64,000 nt of DNA from an uncultured Christensenella sp. Lineage in GTDB: Bacteria; Bacillota; Clostridia; Christensenellales; DTU072. How positions within the stretch are numbered: position 1 is the first letter of the stretch; every line of letters starts with the position of its first letter. The DNA lies in NCBI GenBank assembly GCA_964418255.1, contig CAYQKV010000001.1, forward strand, positions 150,901-214,900. The letters run 5' to 3'. The notes under the pieces are model-generated. The model was not told where the DNA came from and searched no databases. It saw only the letters and a list, made by a program, of their open reading frames with translations. A program made the position numbers and the translations under genes. Shown here in pieces: positions 34,097-45,532 of the stretch.

Positions 34097-34123
34097 TAAA
34101 TACCTCCTGTAATTTTTTTTATA

Positions 34124-34152
34124 ATTTTATCACTTTTATTTTACAAAGACAA
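34124..34152 (-). promoter_or_regulatory. Sigma-A-type promoter of pckA
   Basis: Minus strand TTGTCT-17 nt-TAAAAT. Confidence 0.55.
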
Positions 34153-34188
34153 CGATTTGCGCCTTGTTTTTAGTTATTTTACCCTAAT

Positions 34189-36091
<1,903 letters not shown>

Positions 36092-36101
36092 CTCTTCTCC
36101 G

Positions 36102-36173
36102 TTATTTTTTCTCGGTAAAAATTTTTAATATCTTTTTAATGACAGGCGGACAGGTTATACAGATTATTTTCAT
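36102..36173 (-). CDS. Candidate 23-aa small ORF (MKIICITCPPVIKKILKIFTEKK) between rpe and nth
   Basis: Below the ORF-track size cutoff. ATG preceded by AAAGGAG with a 6-nt spacer. The TAA stop lies 10 nt before the nth ATG. There is no homology evidence. Confidence 0.3.
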   Translation of the reverse strand: MKIICITCPPVIKKILKIFTEKK

Positions 36174-36212
36174 AAAACGCTCCTTTTACCGTCCAATATA
36201 TGGAATAACCTC

Positions 36213-36875
36213 TTATTTTGTTACGCCTTTAATCTTGTTAACCGTTCTTCTCGGGTCGTCCGAGCGGAAAACAGCGCTTCCCGCCACTATTATATCCGCG
36301 CCCGCCTCCGCGACCTTAGCGCAGTTATCTTCGGTCACCCCTCCGTCTACTTCGATAAGCGCGTTGACATTGTTTTCCGTTAGTTTTCTTTTGATATAAG
36401 CCACCCTGTCGAGACATTCGGGAATAAGTTTCTGTCCGCCGTAACCCGCGTACACTGTCATAACGACTATAATATCGCACTCGGGGAACAGGTATTCGTA
36501 GTCTTCAATAGGAACGTCCGGGTTAAACGCAATGCCCGCTTTAGCCCCTCGCGCTTTGATTTCCCTTAACGCTTCGGCAGGCCTTTCGGATGCTTCGGGA
36601 TGAAAGGTAACGCAGTATGCTCCCGCGTCCACGAACCTCTCCGCATACTTTTCGGGTTTATCTATCATAAGGTGAACGTCGAGAGGAAGTTCGGTTACTT
36701 TTTTCAACGCCGATACCATCGGCATTCCGAACGTGATATTAGTAACGTACACGCCGTCCATCACGTCGCAGTGTATCCAGTCTCCGCCCCATTTCTTCAC
36801 GGCCTCCGCCGATTTTCCCATATTTGCGAAATCGCCGCTGAGTATCGAAGGCGAAACGATGATTTTTTTACTCAT
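36213..36875 (-). CDS. rpe: Ribulose-phosphate 3-epimerase
   Basis: 220 aa. PSILSGDF, HCDVMDG, DVHLM and VDGG motifs. Confidence 0.95.
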   Translation of the reverse strand: MSKKIIVSPSILSGDFANMGKSAEAVKKWGGDWIHCDVMDGVYVTNITFGMPMVSALKKVTELPLDVHLMIDKPEKYAERFVDAGAYCVTFHPEASERPAEALREIKARGAKAGIAFNPDVPIEDYEYLFPECDIIVVMTVYAGYGGQKLIPECLDRVAYIKRKLTENNVNALIEVDGGVTEDNCAKVAEAGADIIVAGSAVFRSDDPRRTVNKIKGVTK

Positions 36876-37710
36876 ATTTTCTCTTTCTCCTTTCCGTGAG
36901 TTCTTCGTACAGTTTAACGTATCTTTCGTACCGTATCTTATTTATAGTACCGTCTTCCACGCCTTTTTTAACCGCGCAGTCGGGCTCTCCCGTATGCGTG
37001 CAGTTCGTAAAGCGGCACTTGTTTTGCACGGCGAGAAACTCGTCGTAGTAATAAATAAGTTCCTCGGGTTCTATATCTATATTCTCCATAACGGAAAAAC
37101 CGCAGGTGTCCGCTATTCTTCCGTTTTCCAAATCGTATATCTCGACGTGTCTCGTCGTGTTCTTCCCTCGCATTATTTTACGGCTAAGTTCGCCCGTCTC
37201 CAATTTTCTTCCGCCGAGCGCGTTTATAAGCGAGGATTTTCCGACCGCGCTCTGCCCGCAAAAACTTACCAGCCGTCCGTCGATGATTTTCCGAAGCTCA
37301 TCGAGATTATCACCCGTTTTCGCGCTCACAATGACAGTCTTTACGTCGTTTTTATACGGTCGCATAACTTCTTCCGCGTTATCCGTCAAATCGCTTTTAT
37401 TGTACGCAATAACGGGTTCTATGCTCTGTTCTCGGCAGTTTAACAAGAGTTTCTCGACGAGGTTCCAATCGGGTTCGGGGACGGGCGCGACTACGATTAT
37501 CAACGCGTCGAGGTTGGCAATATACGGTCTTATCATACGGTTTTTCCGAGGATAAACGCTTTCGATAACTCCGTTTTCCGCTTCGACGTAGTCCCCGACG
37601 TATATTTCAAAATCCCTTTTTACCTTTCCTCGTACGGAACACGCCTGCGTTTCTTTATCGAATCTGACGAAAAACGCTCCGCCTACGGCTTTTACTACCT
37701 GTCCTTTAAT
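36868..37710 (-). CDS. rsgA: Ribosome small-subunit-dependent GTPase A (RsgA/CpgA), probably initiating at ATT
   Basis: Circularly permuted GTPase (NKSD ... GQSAVGKSSLIN ... DTCG) and a zinc knuckle CRFTNCTHTGEPDC. The ORF track starts at the ATG at 37536, but the N-terminal OB fold (KGQVVKAVGGAFFVRFDKETQACSVRGK...VGDYVEAE) continues in frame up to 37710, with no ATG, GTG or TTG in that stretch. ATT at 37710 has AGGAGG 9 nt upstream. Confidence 0.8.
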   Translation of the reverse strand: MKGQVVKAVGGAFFVRFDKETQACSVRGKVKRDFEIYVGDYVEAENGVIESVYPRKNRMIRPYIANLDALIIVVAPVPEPDWNLVEKLLLNCREQSIEPVIAYNKSDLTDNAEEVMRPYKNDVKTVIVSAKTGDNLDELRKIIDGRLVSFCGQSAVGKSSLINALGGRKLETGELSRKIMRGKNTTRHVEIYDLENGRIADTCGFSVMENIDIEPEELIYYYDEFLAVQNKCRFTNCTHTGEPDCAVKKGVEDGTINKIRYERYVKLYEELTERRKRKYE

Positions 37711-38764
37711 TTTCGCCGCCCTCCTTATTGAGATAACCGTTCCTAAGTTGTCCGCACGCGCCTTTTATGTCGTTGCCCATAGAACGTCTGAGCGTATTGC
37801 TTATTCCTTTTGAACTAAGGGTATCCATAAACGCCTTTACGGCGTCCTTATTCGCTCCTCTCAGTCCTCTTTCCTTGACATAATTGAGATTGATTAAATT
37901 GACGTGACAGTTCATTCCTTTTAGAAGTTTTGCAAGTTTCAACGCGTCGGCTTCCGATGCGTTCTGCCCGTCGATAAGGGAATATTCGAATATAATGCGC
38001 CGTCCCGTTTTTTCGAAATAATATCTCGCCGCGTCGAGAACTTCCGCTATGCTCCATTTGTTGGATATGGGCATAAGGCTTTTTCTCTTTTCTTCATCCG
38101 CGGCGTGTAAACTTATCGTAAGCGTAACGGGAATACCTTCGTCCGCAAGGGTTTTGATTTTATCGGCAAGCCCGCACGTGGAAAGGGAAATATTCCGCGG
38201 GGAAATTCCCATTCCCTCTTCGTCCGATACCGCGTGCAAAAACTTTATAACTTCGTCGTAATTATCGAGCGGTTCTCCACTTCCCATAAGCACGATATTG
38301 GTTATCGCCCTTTTACTTCTCGTCCCGCCTGCTCTCGCATTTGCGGCGAGCACTTCTCCGAGCATTTCGCCCGCCGTAAGGTTTCGGACAAGCCCGTTAA
38401 GCGTGGAAGCGCAGAAAGCGCACCCCATTCTGCACCCTACCTGAGTGGAAATACACAGCGTGTTGCCGTAATTATGCGGCATAAACACGCCCTCTATTAT
38501 ATTGCCGTCGTTAAGTAAGTATAGGTATTTTTCCGTTCCGTCTTTCCCCGTGAACGCCTCTTTAATCACCGCGGACCTGTCGAAATATTTTTCGGCAAGC
38601 AATTCGCGTACGGTTTTCGGCACGTTGCTCATTTCGCCGTACGTTTTATAGTCCGAAACCGCATACATAATCTGTTTGACGCGAAACGACGGCAGTCCGA
38701 CAAGTTCGGCGGCGAGTTGTTCTTTCGTCAAATCCGCAAGACTCAGTCTCTTCTCATCCGACAT
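37706..38764 (-). CDS. rlmN: Dual-specificity 23S rRNA/tRNA A-C2 methyltransferase RlmN (radical SAM)
   Basis: 352 aa. CRMGCAFC radical-SAM motif and GMGEPL-like MGSGEPLDN. Position downstream of rsmB as in B. subtilis. Confidence 0.93.
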   Translation of the reverse strand: MSDEKRLSLADLTKEQLAAELVGLPSFRVKQIMYAVSDYKTYGEMSNVPKTVRELLAEKYFDRSAVIKEAFTGKDGTEKYLYLLNDGNIIEGVFMPHNYGNTLCISTQVGCRMGCAFCASTLNGLVRNLTAGEMLGEVLAANARAGGTRSKRAITNIVLMGSGEPLDNYDEVIKFLHAVSDEEGMGISPRNISLSTCGLADKIKTLADEGIPVTLTISLHAADEEKRKSLMPISNKWSIAEVLDAARYYFEKTGRRIIFEYSLIDGQNASEADALKLAKLLKGMNCHVNLINLNYVKERGLRGANKDAVKAFMDTLSSKGISNTLRRSMGNDIKGACGQLRNGYLNKEGGEN

Positions 38765-39966
38765 ATATAAAACCCCTCCATTCCTCTTCCGTCCGGCAGT
38801 AACTGTATTTCTCCGTCGTTTTCATACGGAATATCTATTTTTTCCTTATGAAAATCGTTGTGTTCGGCAAGAAATTTTTCTACGTTCGCGCCGTTTTCCA
38901 TTTTGAAAACCGTACACGTCGAATAGACCAGAACTCCGCCTTTTTTTACGTAACCGCTTACGTTGTCGAGTATGTTTTGCTGTAAAACCGAAAGTTCTTT
39001 AACGTCATCGTAGGTACGGTTAAACACAATGTCGCGCTTTTTTCCGATTACGCCGAAACCGCTGCACGGAACGTCCGCAAGAACCGCGTCGAACCCTTCT
39101 TTCCATTTATAAACCGGTTTTGTCGCGTCCTGTCTGAATACGGTTACTCCCGTCTTCATACGCTCCGCGTACGCTCTTACGAGTTCGGTTCTGTGTTCGT
39201 ATATATCGCACGCGGTAACTTCCGCGCCTTTTTGCGCCATATACACGGCTTTGCCTCCGGGCGCGGCGCAACAGTCGAGAATTTTCATTCCTTTTTTCGC
39301 CCCTACGCTCTCCGCAACCACGCACGAACCGTAACTCATAAAAGTTATTTTCCCCATACAGGAAAGAAGGTCGATTTCCTTATTCTTCTTTACAAAATAC
39401 CCGTACGGCGTTTTTTCCGCGTTTTTATCCGCGACGATTATCTCCTCTTCCGATACTCCTTCCCTGAGTCTTATATGGGAATACGGATATTCTTTCGCCC
39501 CGATAATTTCTTCGAACCTGTCGGGGTAATCTTTACGGTACATTCCGACGAGCCACGACGGCAGGTTATATTTTACTTCCGCATACCTTTTGTCGCTTTT
39601 CGCCGGCATACGGTATTCTCCGCGCGCCGCTTTCGATATGACGGCGCAAAAAAACCCTTTAAGCGCGCCCTTTCCGAGCGAATCGAGGGTTTCTCCCGTT
39701 TCGCTTATCACCACGGGTTGCGGCGTATCGAGATACTTCTCGGCATAAAGCGCGATTAAAAGAAGAGGTCTTACGTTGTTTTTCACCTTCCCGGCGGTCA
39801 GTTCGTCGACTATGTAATTGAGTTCGTAGTGTTTTTCCAACACGCCGAAAACAAGTTTTTTTACGTGCTTGTTCGCGTTTTCTTTCATAACGATATGTAT
39901 ATAGGCGTTATCCCTGTATACTTCGACAAGAAAATCATAAGCCGCGCGAAAATCTGTCTTAGCCAC
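38743..39966 (-). CDS. rsmB: 16S rRNA m5C967 methyltransferase RsmB
   Basis: NusB-like N-terminus plus MTase (DCCAAPGGK, DVPCSG, YSTCT). I prefer the GTG at 39966 (GGGGAG 8 nt upstream, 8-nt overlap with the fmt stop). The ORF-track TTG at 40050 lies 92 nt inside fmt. Confidence 0.85.
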   Translation of the reverse strand: MAKTDFRAAYDFLVEVYRDNAYIHIVMKENANKHVKKLVFGVLEKHYELNYIVDELTAGKVKNNVRPLLLIALYAEKYLDTPQPVVISETGETLDSLGKGALKGFFCAVISKAARGEYRMPAKSDKRYAEVKYNLPSWLVGMYRKDYPDRFEEIIGAKEYPYSHIRLREGVSEEEIIVADKNAEKTPYGYFVKKNKEIDLLSCMGKITFMSYGSCVVAESVGAKKGMKILDCCAAPGGKAVYMAQKGAEVTACDIYEHRTELVRAYAERMKTGVTVFRQDATKPVYKWKEGFDAVLADVPCSGFGVIGKKRDIVFNRTYDDVKELSVLQQNILDNVSGYVKKGGVLVYSTCTVFKMENGANVEKFLAEHNDFHKEKIDIPYENDGEIQLLPDGRGMEGFYICRMRRD

Positions 39967-40885
39967 GGAATACGCTCCCCTCGGGTATTTTATGTCCGAG
40001 TAAATACGCCTTGCTGTCCATCGCTTTGCCGTTCTCCGCTTGTATGACAAGTAGTCTGAGATAACCCTCTCCGCATTTTACAACCAGTCCTTTTTTTGGG
40101 TCGGACGTAACGACCTCGCCATATTCTTCGCCGCCTTCCGCGACCGTTACTTCGCATTTAATGACTTTCAAAACGCCGTTTTCGCCTTTGGTAAACGCCC
40201 CCGGCCACGGTGTCATTCCCCTTACGAAATTTTTGATTTCATAGGCGGTTTTCGAAAAGTCTATTATCCCGTCCGATTTTGTAAGCATACGGCAGTGCGT
40301 AGCTTTGCTTTCGTCCTGCTTTTCGCCTATAAGGTTACCTCTTTCCGCTTTGTCGAGCACCGAAACTATAAGCTCCGCCCCCAAATCGGAAAGCAATGCA
40401 AGCGTTTCTTCGCTGTTTTCGTCGCCGCTTAGTTCAATGCTTTTTTTCATAAGCATATCCCCCGTGTCCACGCCGAGTTCGGTCTTCATTACGGTAACGC
40501 CGACCTCTTTTTCTCCGTTGATTAACGCCCACTGCACGGGAGAAGAGCCGCGGTATTTCGGTAAAAGCGAAGCGTGAATATTATATATAGGACATATGTC
40601 CAAAATGTTTTTTTTCAGAATCTGTCCGTAAGCGCAAGTAACCATAACGTCGGGTTTTAACGCGCGCAAAGTTTCCTCTCCGAAAGCGGAGACGTTTTCG
40701 AACTGCAACACCTCTATATTTTTGTCTTGCGCATATTTTTTCACCGCGCCGAAAACGGTTTTTTTGTTTCTTGCGTTCACCCTGTCGGGTTGCGTCACCA
40801 CCGCGACTACTTCGTGAGAAGAATTATTTATCGCTTCGAGTGGTTTAACCGCAAATTCGGGCGTTCCGAAATAAATTACTCTCAT
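39959..40885 (-). CDS. fmt: Methionyl-tRNA formyltransferase
   Basis: 308 aa. MRVIYFGTPEFAV and HASLLPKYRG motifs. Confidence 0.95.
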   Translation of the reverse strand: MRVIYFGTPEFAVKPLEAINNSSHEVVAVVTQPDRVNARNKKTVFGAVKKYAQDKNIEVLQFENVSAFGEETLRALKPDVMVTCAYGQILKKNILDICPIYNIHASLLPKYRGSSPVQWALINGEKEVGVTVMKTELGVDTGDMLMKKSIELSGDENSEETLALLSDLGAELIVSVLDKAERGNLIGEKQDESKATHCRMLTKSDGIIDFSKTAYEIKNFVRGMTPWPGAFTKGENGVLKVIKCEVTVAEGGEEYGEVVTSDPKKGLVVKCGEGYLRLLVIQAENGKAMDSKAYLLGHKIPEGSVFRG

Positions 40886-41337
40886 TTCTTTTTCCCTTCG
40901 TATTTTCTCGTATAAAACAGAATTCCTTCGAGGTGGTCAAGCTCGTGGCACACCGCTCTTGCGGGAAGACCGGTAAGCGTTTTTTCGTACGTTTCTCCTT
41001 TTCTGTTCTGCGCTCTCAATTTAACTCTGTAAGGTCTGAGAACCTCGCAGTTTTTAGAAGAATCAACGCTAAGGCACCCTTCTTCGTCTATTTGTTCGCC
41101 GTCCGCGTAAATTATCTGCGGATTTACCATTTCGAGTTTTTCTCCGTCGCATTCGACAACCGCTATACGCCTTAAAAAGCCGATTTGCGGCGCGGCAAGC
41201 CCTACTCCGTCCGCTTTTACCATAGTTTCGAACATATCGTCGATAAGTTCGCCGAGTTTATCTCCGAAATCCGTCACCTCACGGCATCTTTTGAAAAGTA
41301 TTTCGTTATCTTCCTGAAAAATTTTTCTTTTTGCCAT
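40882..41337 (-). CDS. def: Peptide deformylase
   Basis: 151 aa. GVGLAAPQ, EGCLS and HELDHL motifs. Confidence 0.95.
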   Translation of the reverse strand: MAKRKIFQEDNEILFKRCREVTDFGDKLGELIDDMFETMVKADGVGLAAPQIGFLRRIAVVECDGEKLEMVNPQIIYADGEQIDEEGCLSVDSSKNCEVLRPYRVKLRAQNRKGETYEKTLTGLPARAVCHELDHLEGILFYTRKYEGKKK

Positions 41338-41349
41338 ATTGCCCTCCGT

Positions 41350-43524
41350 TTATCTCATATTGGTAGGATTTATTTCCACGAACGCCGTCACGCCTTTTCC
41401 CGTAATTTTGTCCGCCGCTTTATACACGAGAGGAAGCACTTCTTTTTCCCCTTCCTCTTTTATCCATACGACTATCTGAAACCGATATTCGTTGCTGATT
41501 TTTTTTATTGGCGCGCGCATCGCCTGCACTCTGAAAAGTTGCGGGTGCTCGGCTTTTATTCCACGCATAATCTCATATTCTTCTCTTGCTGCGACCAGCG
41601 TTTTTTCTTCGTTTTCCCCTTTTACGAGAACCCTTGCAATTTTCGAAAACGGCGGAAAAGACGTCGTTTCCCTTATATTGTTTTCTTTTTCGAAAAATCC
41701 TCGATAATCGTACTTTCTCGCAAATCTGAAAACGTAATGGTTCGGGTTATACGTTTGTATTACCACTTTACCCTCTTTTTCGTCTCTTCCCGCTCTTCCC
41801 GCGACCTGGGTTATCTGCTGAAAAGTAGTCTCGTTGCTTCGGTAATCGCTCCCGTATAAGCTCAAATCCGCGTCGAGCACGCCTACGAGCGTTACTCCCG
41901 CAAAATCGTGTCCTTTTACTATCATTTGCGTTCCGACTAAGATATCCGCTTCTCTTCTTCCGAACGCACCGAGTATCTGCGCAGAGGAATCTTTACCCGA
42001 AGCGGTATCGTTATCCAGTCGCAAAAGCCTTGCTTTCGGGAAAATTTCCCCGAGTTTTTCCATTACGGTTTCCGTCCCTATCCTGCCTAAGCTCAGATTT
42101 TCGTCTCCGCAGGAAGGACACGCGTCCAAATTATAGAACTGTTTGCCGCAATAGTGGCATTTAAGCAAGTTGTCTTCTTTATGGTAAGTCAAACTCACCT
42201 CGCAGTCGGTGCACATAGGCACGTATCCGCATTTTTTACACCTGATAAAAGAGGCAAACCCTCTGCGGTTTATGTAAATCATCGCCTGATTGCCGTCTTT
42301 GAGGGTTTTGTCGAGTTCTGCGAGCAATTTACGAGAGAAAATGTTGTTATTTCCTTCGCGTATTTCCCTGCGCATATCCACTATGTCCATATCGGGCATT
42401 GCCTTTTTGTTCGCTCTGCCCGAAAGCGTAATCAGCTCGTATTCCCCTTTAACCGCCTTATAATAGGTATCCAGCGACGGAGTAGCGCTCCCCAGCACGA
42501 GTTTCGCTCCGTTGTAATTCCGTCTGAACTCGGCTATATCGTGCGTATGATAACGAGGGTTCGATTCGCTTACGTAACTCGAATCGTGCTCTTCGTCTAT
42601 TACTATTATCCCTACGTTTTTAAGTGGCGCGAAAATCGCGCTTCTTGCTCCGAGCGCGACTTTCGCTTCGCCCGTAAGCAGCTTTCTCCATTCGTCGTAC
42701 CGCTCTCCGTCGCTCATTCCGCTATGCAAGAGCGCGACGCCATCTCCGAATCTTCTTCTGAAAACTCCCAGCATCTGCGGCGTAAGGCTGATTTCCGGCA
42801 CAAGCATAATCGCCGTTTTTCCCTGCCCGAGAATTTTCTCCATAGCCGCCATATACACTTCGGTTTTCCCGCTTCCCGTCACTCCGTGCAAAACGCACGG
42901 TCTGTCGCTTGCAAGAATTCTTTCGACGGCGTTTTTCTGTTCGTCGGTAAGAATTACCGTTTTCTTTTCGGCTACCATACCTTTAAGAGGCACGCGGTTT
43001 ACGGTAACTATTTCTTTATGTAAAATTCCTTTTTCTATAAGCGCTTTTACGCTTCCCGCGCCGAACTCTGCGGCAAGAACGGTTTCGAACTCTCCCTCTC
43101 CTTTTATGCTGTCGATTATCGCAAGCTGATTGGGAGAATTTTTTCTAATCAAAGTTTTCGCTATTTCCTTATCGACGTCGAGTTTCAGAAACCCGCGCGT
43201 AAGCTCTCTTACTTTTCCTCCGCGTAATTTCGACGGGATACAAAGCCTTAGCGTATCGGCATAACGCAAATTGTTATTCGCTTTGAGAAATGCGCTTAAT
43301 TCTATCATTTCGGGAATAATGGGCGTAAACGCGTCGAGTTTACGGATAATATTTTTCGTCTCGATATCCGTTTTTTCTTTCGTTCCCACGACGAAGCCTT
43401 CGATGGTTCGTTTTCCGAAAGGCACGAGAACCCTGCTCCCGACCTCTACGTCGAAGTCGGACGAATAATCGAAAACCCTGTCGACTTCGGCGTTGCTCAC
43501 GTCCACTATCACTCTGTAAATCAT
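41350..43524 (-). CDS. priA: Primosomal protein N' (replication restart helicase PriA)
   Basis: 724 aa. Walker A GVTGSGKTE, DEEH box and a cysteine-rich zinc-binding insert (CKKCGY..CTDC..CHYCG..CPSCG). Confidence 0.95.
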   Translation of the reverse strand: MIYRVIVDVSNAEVDRVFDYSSDFDVEVGSRVLVPFGKRTIEGFVVGTKEKTDIETKNIIRKLDAFTPIIPEMIELSAFLKANNNLRYADTLRLCIPSKLRGGKVRELTRGFLKLDVDKEIAKTLIRKNSPNQLAIIDSIKGEGEFETVLAAEFGAGSVKALIEKGILHKEIVTVNRVPLKGMVAEKKTVILTDEQKNAVERILASDRPCVLHGVTGSGKTEVYMAAMEKILGQGKTAIMLVPEISLTPQMLGVFRRRFGDGVALLHSGMSDGERYDEWRKLLTGEAKVALGARSAIFAPLKNVGIIVIDEEHDSSYVSESNPRYHTHDIAEFRRNYNGAKLVLGSATPSLDTYYKAVKGEYELITLSGRANKKAMPDMDIVDMRREIREGNNNIFSRKLLAELDKTLKDGNQAMIYINRRGFASFIRCKKCGYVPMCTDCEVSLTYHKEDNLLKCHYCGKQFYNLDACPSCGDENLSLGRIGTETVMEKLGEIFPKARLLRLDNDTASGKDSSAQILGAFGRREADILVGTQMIVKGHDFAGVTLVGVLDADLSLYGSDYRSNETTFQQITQVAGRAGRDEKEGKVVIQTYNPNHYVFRFARKYDYRGFFEKENNIRETTSFPPFSKIARVLVKGENEEKTLVAAREEYEIMRGIKAEHPQLFRVQAMRAPIKKISNEYRFQIVVWIKEEGEKEVLPLVYKAADKITGKGVTAFVEINPTNMR

Positions 43525-44696
43525 AAATCGGTTATCCCGTCGAGAATGACGTCCGCAAGCTCGCGTTTCGACATAATCGGCAAACTTTCTATTCTGCCGT
43601 CCGCAAACATAAGCGTAGCTATATTCGTATCGCAGTTAAACCCCGCGCCCTCCCGCGTAACGTCGTTTGCGACGATTAAGTCCGCGTTTTTCGAGCGCAA
43701 TTTCTTTTCAGCGTTCGCAAGCAAATCTTCGGTTTCCGCGGCAAACACGACCAACGGGCGGTTTCCTTTCACCGCTCCGACATTTTTCGCAATATCGGGG
43801 TTTTTGATAAGTTCCAGCGTCAAAGACGCGTCTTTTATTTTATGCGTGTATTTATTTTTCGGTTTATAATCTGCGGGGGCGGCGCTCATAATAAAAGCGT
43901 CGCATTCTTTTTCCGCAGCCATTACGGCTTTAAGCATATCTTCCGTGCTTTCCACGTCTACGATTTCGCATCCGTCTGGTTTTGCCGCTCCTACGCTTCC
44001 GCATATCAGTTTGACTTTTCCGCCTCTGTCCATTACCGCTTCGGCGAGCGCGAAGCCCATTTTCCCCGAAGAGCGGTTTCCGATAAACCTTACTCCGTCT
44101 ATATTTTCCCTTGTTCCGCCTGCGGTAATAAGCACCTTTTTTCCTCGAAAATCGGGTCTCGGCGTAACGAGTTTATCGACGTATTCGGCGATAACCGCCG
44201 GTTCTTCGAGCCTTCCGACTCCCACGTCTCCGCACGCAAGCGCGCCCGAAGCGGGTTCTACGATATGCACTCCTCTCGACCGCAAAATTTCGAGGTTTTT
44301 TTCGTTTGCCTCGGAAAGATACATTTTCGTATTCATAGCGGGGCAGACGATTTTTATCGCTTCCGACGCCATATACGTCGTGGTAAGCATATCGTCCGCT
44401 ATGCCGTTTGCGATTTTTCCTATCACGTTTGCCGTAGCGGGCGCAACAATAAAGACTCCCGCCCATTTGGCGAGGGAGACGTGTTCTACCTCGTAATGAG
44501 GTTTTTCGGCAAACATATCGGTTACAACGGCGTTTTTCGAAATCGTTTCGAAAGTGAGCGGCGAGACGAACTCCGTCGCGTTTTCCGTCATCACTACTTT
44601 TACGTCGTAACCTTTTTTGCGCAAAGCGGAAACAAGCTCGCAGGCTTTGTAAACGGCTATGCCGCCGCTTACCCCGAGCAATACGGTTTTTTTCAC
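43521..44696 (-). CDS. coaBC: Bifunctional phosphopantothenoylcysteine decarboxylase / phosphopantothenate--cysteine ligase
   Basis: 391 aa. Flavoprotein N-domain (GVSGGIAVYK) plus a CoaB domain (ITAGGTRENIDGVRFIGNRSSGKMG). GTG start overlapping the rpoZ stop (GTGA). Confidence 0.93.
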   Translation of the reverse strand: MKKTVLLGVSGGIAVYKACELVSALRKKGYDVKVVMTENATEFVSPLTFETISKNAVVTDMFAEKPHYEVEHVSLAKWAGVFIVAPATANVIGKIANGIADDMLTTTYMASEAIKIVCPAMNTKMYLSEANEKNLEILRSRGVHIVEPASGALACGDVGVGRLEEPAVIAEYVDKLVTPRPDFRGKKVLITAGGTRENIDGVRFIGNRSSGKMGFALAEAVMDRGGKVKLICGSVGAAKPDGCEIVDVESTEDMLKAVMAAEKECDAFIMSAAPADYKPKNKYTHKIKDASLTLELIKNPDIAKNVGAVKGNRPLVVFAAETEDLLANAEKKLRSKNADLIVANDVTREGAGFNCDTNIATLMFADGRIESLPIMSKRELADVILDGITDL

Positions 44697-44893
44697 TTAT
44701 TGTCTACCTTAACTACTATTTTCCCGTCGTAAATTTCCTGCGCGGCGTAAGAAATCGCTTTCATTCCGCTTTCTTCGAGTTCTTTCGCGTTAATCGCGCT
44801 GAGTTCTCTCGCTCTTTTAGCCAGTCCGCACACAAGCGCGTAACGGCAAGGGGTTTTCGTAATCAATTTGTCGATAGGGGGTTCAATCATCAT
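44693..44893 (-). CDS. rpoZ: DNA-directed RNA polymerase subunit omega
   Basis: 66 aa. The PSIDKL-like N-terminus (PPIDKLI..RYALVCGLAKRAREL) is typical. Sits between gmk and coaBC. Confidence 0.88.
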   Translation of the reverse strand: MMIEPPIDKLITKTPCRYALVCGLAKRARELSAINAKELEESGMKAISYAAQEIYDGKIVVKVDNK

Positions 44894-44923
44894 AAGACAT
44901 TTTCTCCTTTATTCACGGCGTTT

Positions 44924-45532
44924 TCAGCCGAGTATTATTTTGTCGATATTTTTTATATTCCGCGATACTTTCTGTCTTTCAGCTTCGATAATCGCGTCCA
45001 CTTTTCTCACGCAACTGTCCAAATCGTCGTTAAGCACGACGTAGTCGTAATCGTATGCGCAAGGCAATTCCTGAATACACTTATTCATTCTTCCTTCTAT
45101 CTGTTCCGCCGTCTCGGTTTTTCTCTCTTCGAGCCGCCGTTTGAGTTCGCTTAGGCTCGGCGGGACTATGAAAATGCTCACGCATTCTCTTGCCGAACGT
45201 ATTTTTTCCGCGCCCTGCGTTTCTATTTCCAGAATTACGTCTTCGTTTCGTCCGAGCTTTTCGTCTACGGATTTTTTCGGCGTTCCGTATCCGCAATTCA
45301 GAACCTCGACGAATTCGTACATCCCGTCGTTATCCGCGAGTTCGCGGAAAGTTTCTTTGCTTATGAAGTTATAATGCACGCCGTCGATTTCTCCCGCGCG
45401 CGGTTTTCTCGTCGTGACGGATACGCTGACCGATATGTCCTTCATATCTTCGCAAACCCTTGACAAAACCGTGCCTTTTCCCACACCGCTCGGTCCGCTT
45501 ATAACAAATAATATTCCTCTTCCTCTACTCAA
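44924..45532 (-). CDS. gmk: Guanylate kinase
   Basis: 202 aa. P-loop SGPSGVGKGT and TTRKPRAGEIDGVHYNF. TTG start overlapping the yicC end. Confidence 0.93.
   Translation of the reverse strand: MSRGRGILFVISGPSGVGKGTVLSRVCEDMKDISVSVSVTTRKPRAGEIDGVHYNFISKETFRELADNDGMYEFVEVLNCGYGTPKKSVDEKLGRNEDVILEIETQGAEKIRSARECVSIFIVPPSLSELKRRLEERKTETAEQIEGRMNKCIQELPCAYDYDYVVLNDDLDSCVRKVDAIIEAERQKVSRNIKNIDKIILG

Noticed and set aside
32477-34099. 540-aa plus-strand ORF covering all of pckA. Similar long ORFs lie opposite gap (13925..15001), pgk (57496..59055), the ABC exporter (61673..63514), gpmI (55169..56392), trpB (52309..53451), leuS (15948..17114), proS (30951..31916), coaBC (43842..44732) and priA (42154..43023).
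   Set aside because: All lie in the codon-aligned antisense frame of genes with unmistakable sense-strand products. Their translations are low-complexity and rich in F/R/V/Y, with no recognisable motifs, no RBS and no promoters. They are explained by avoidance of TTA/CTA/TCA codons in the sense genes.
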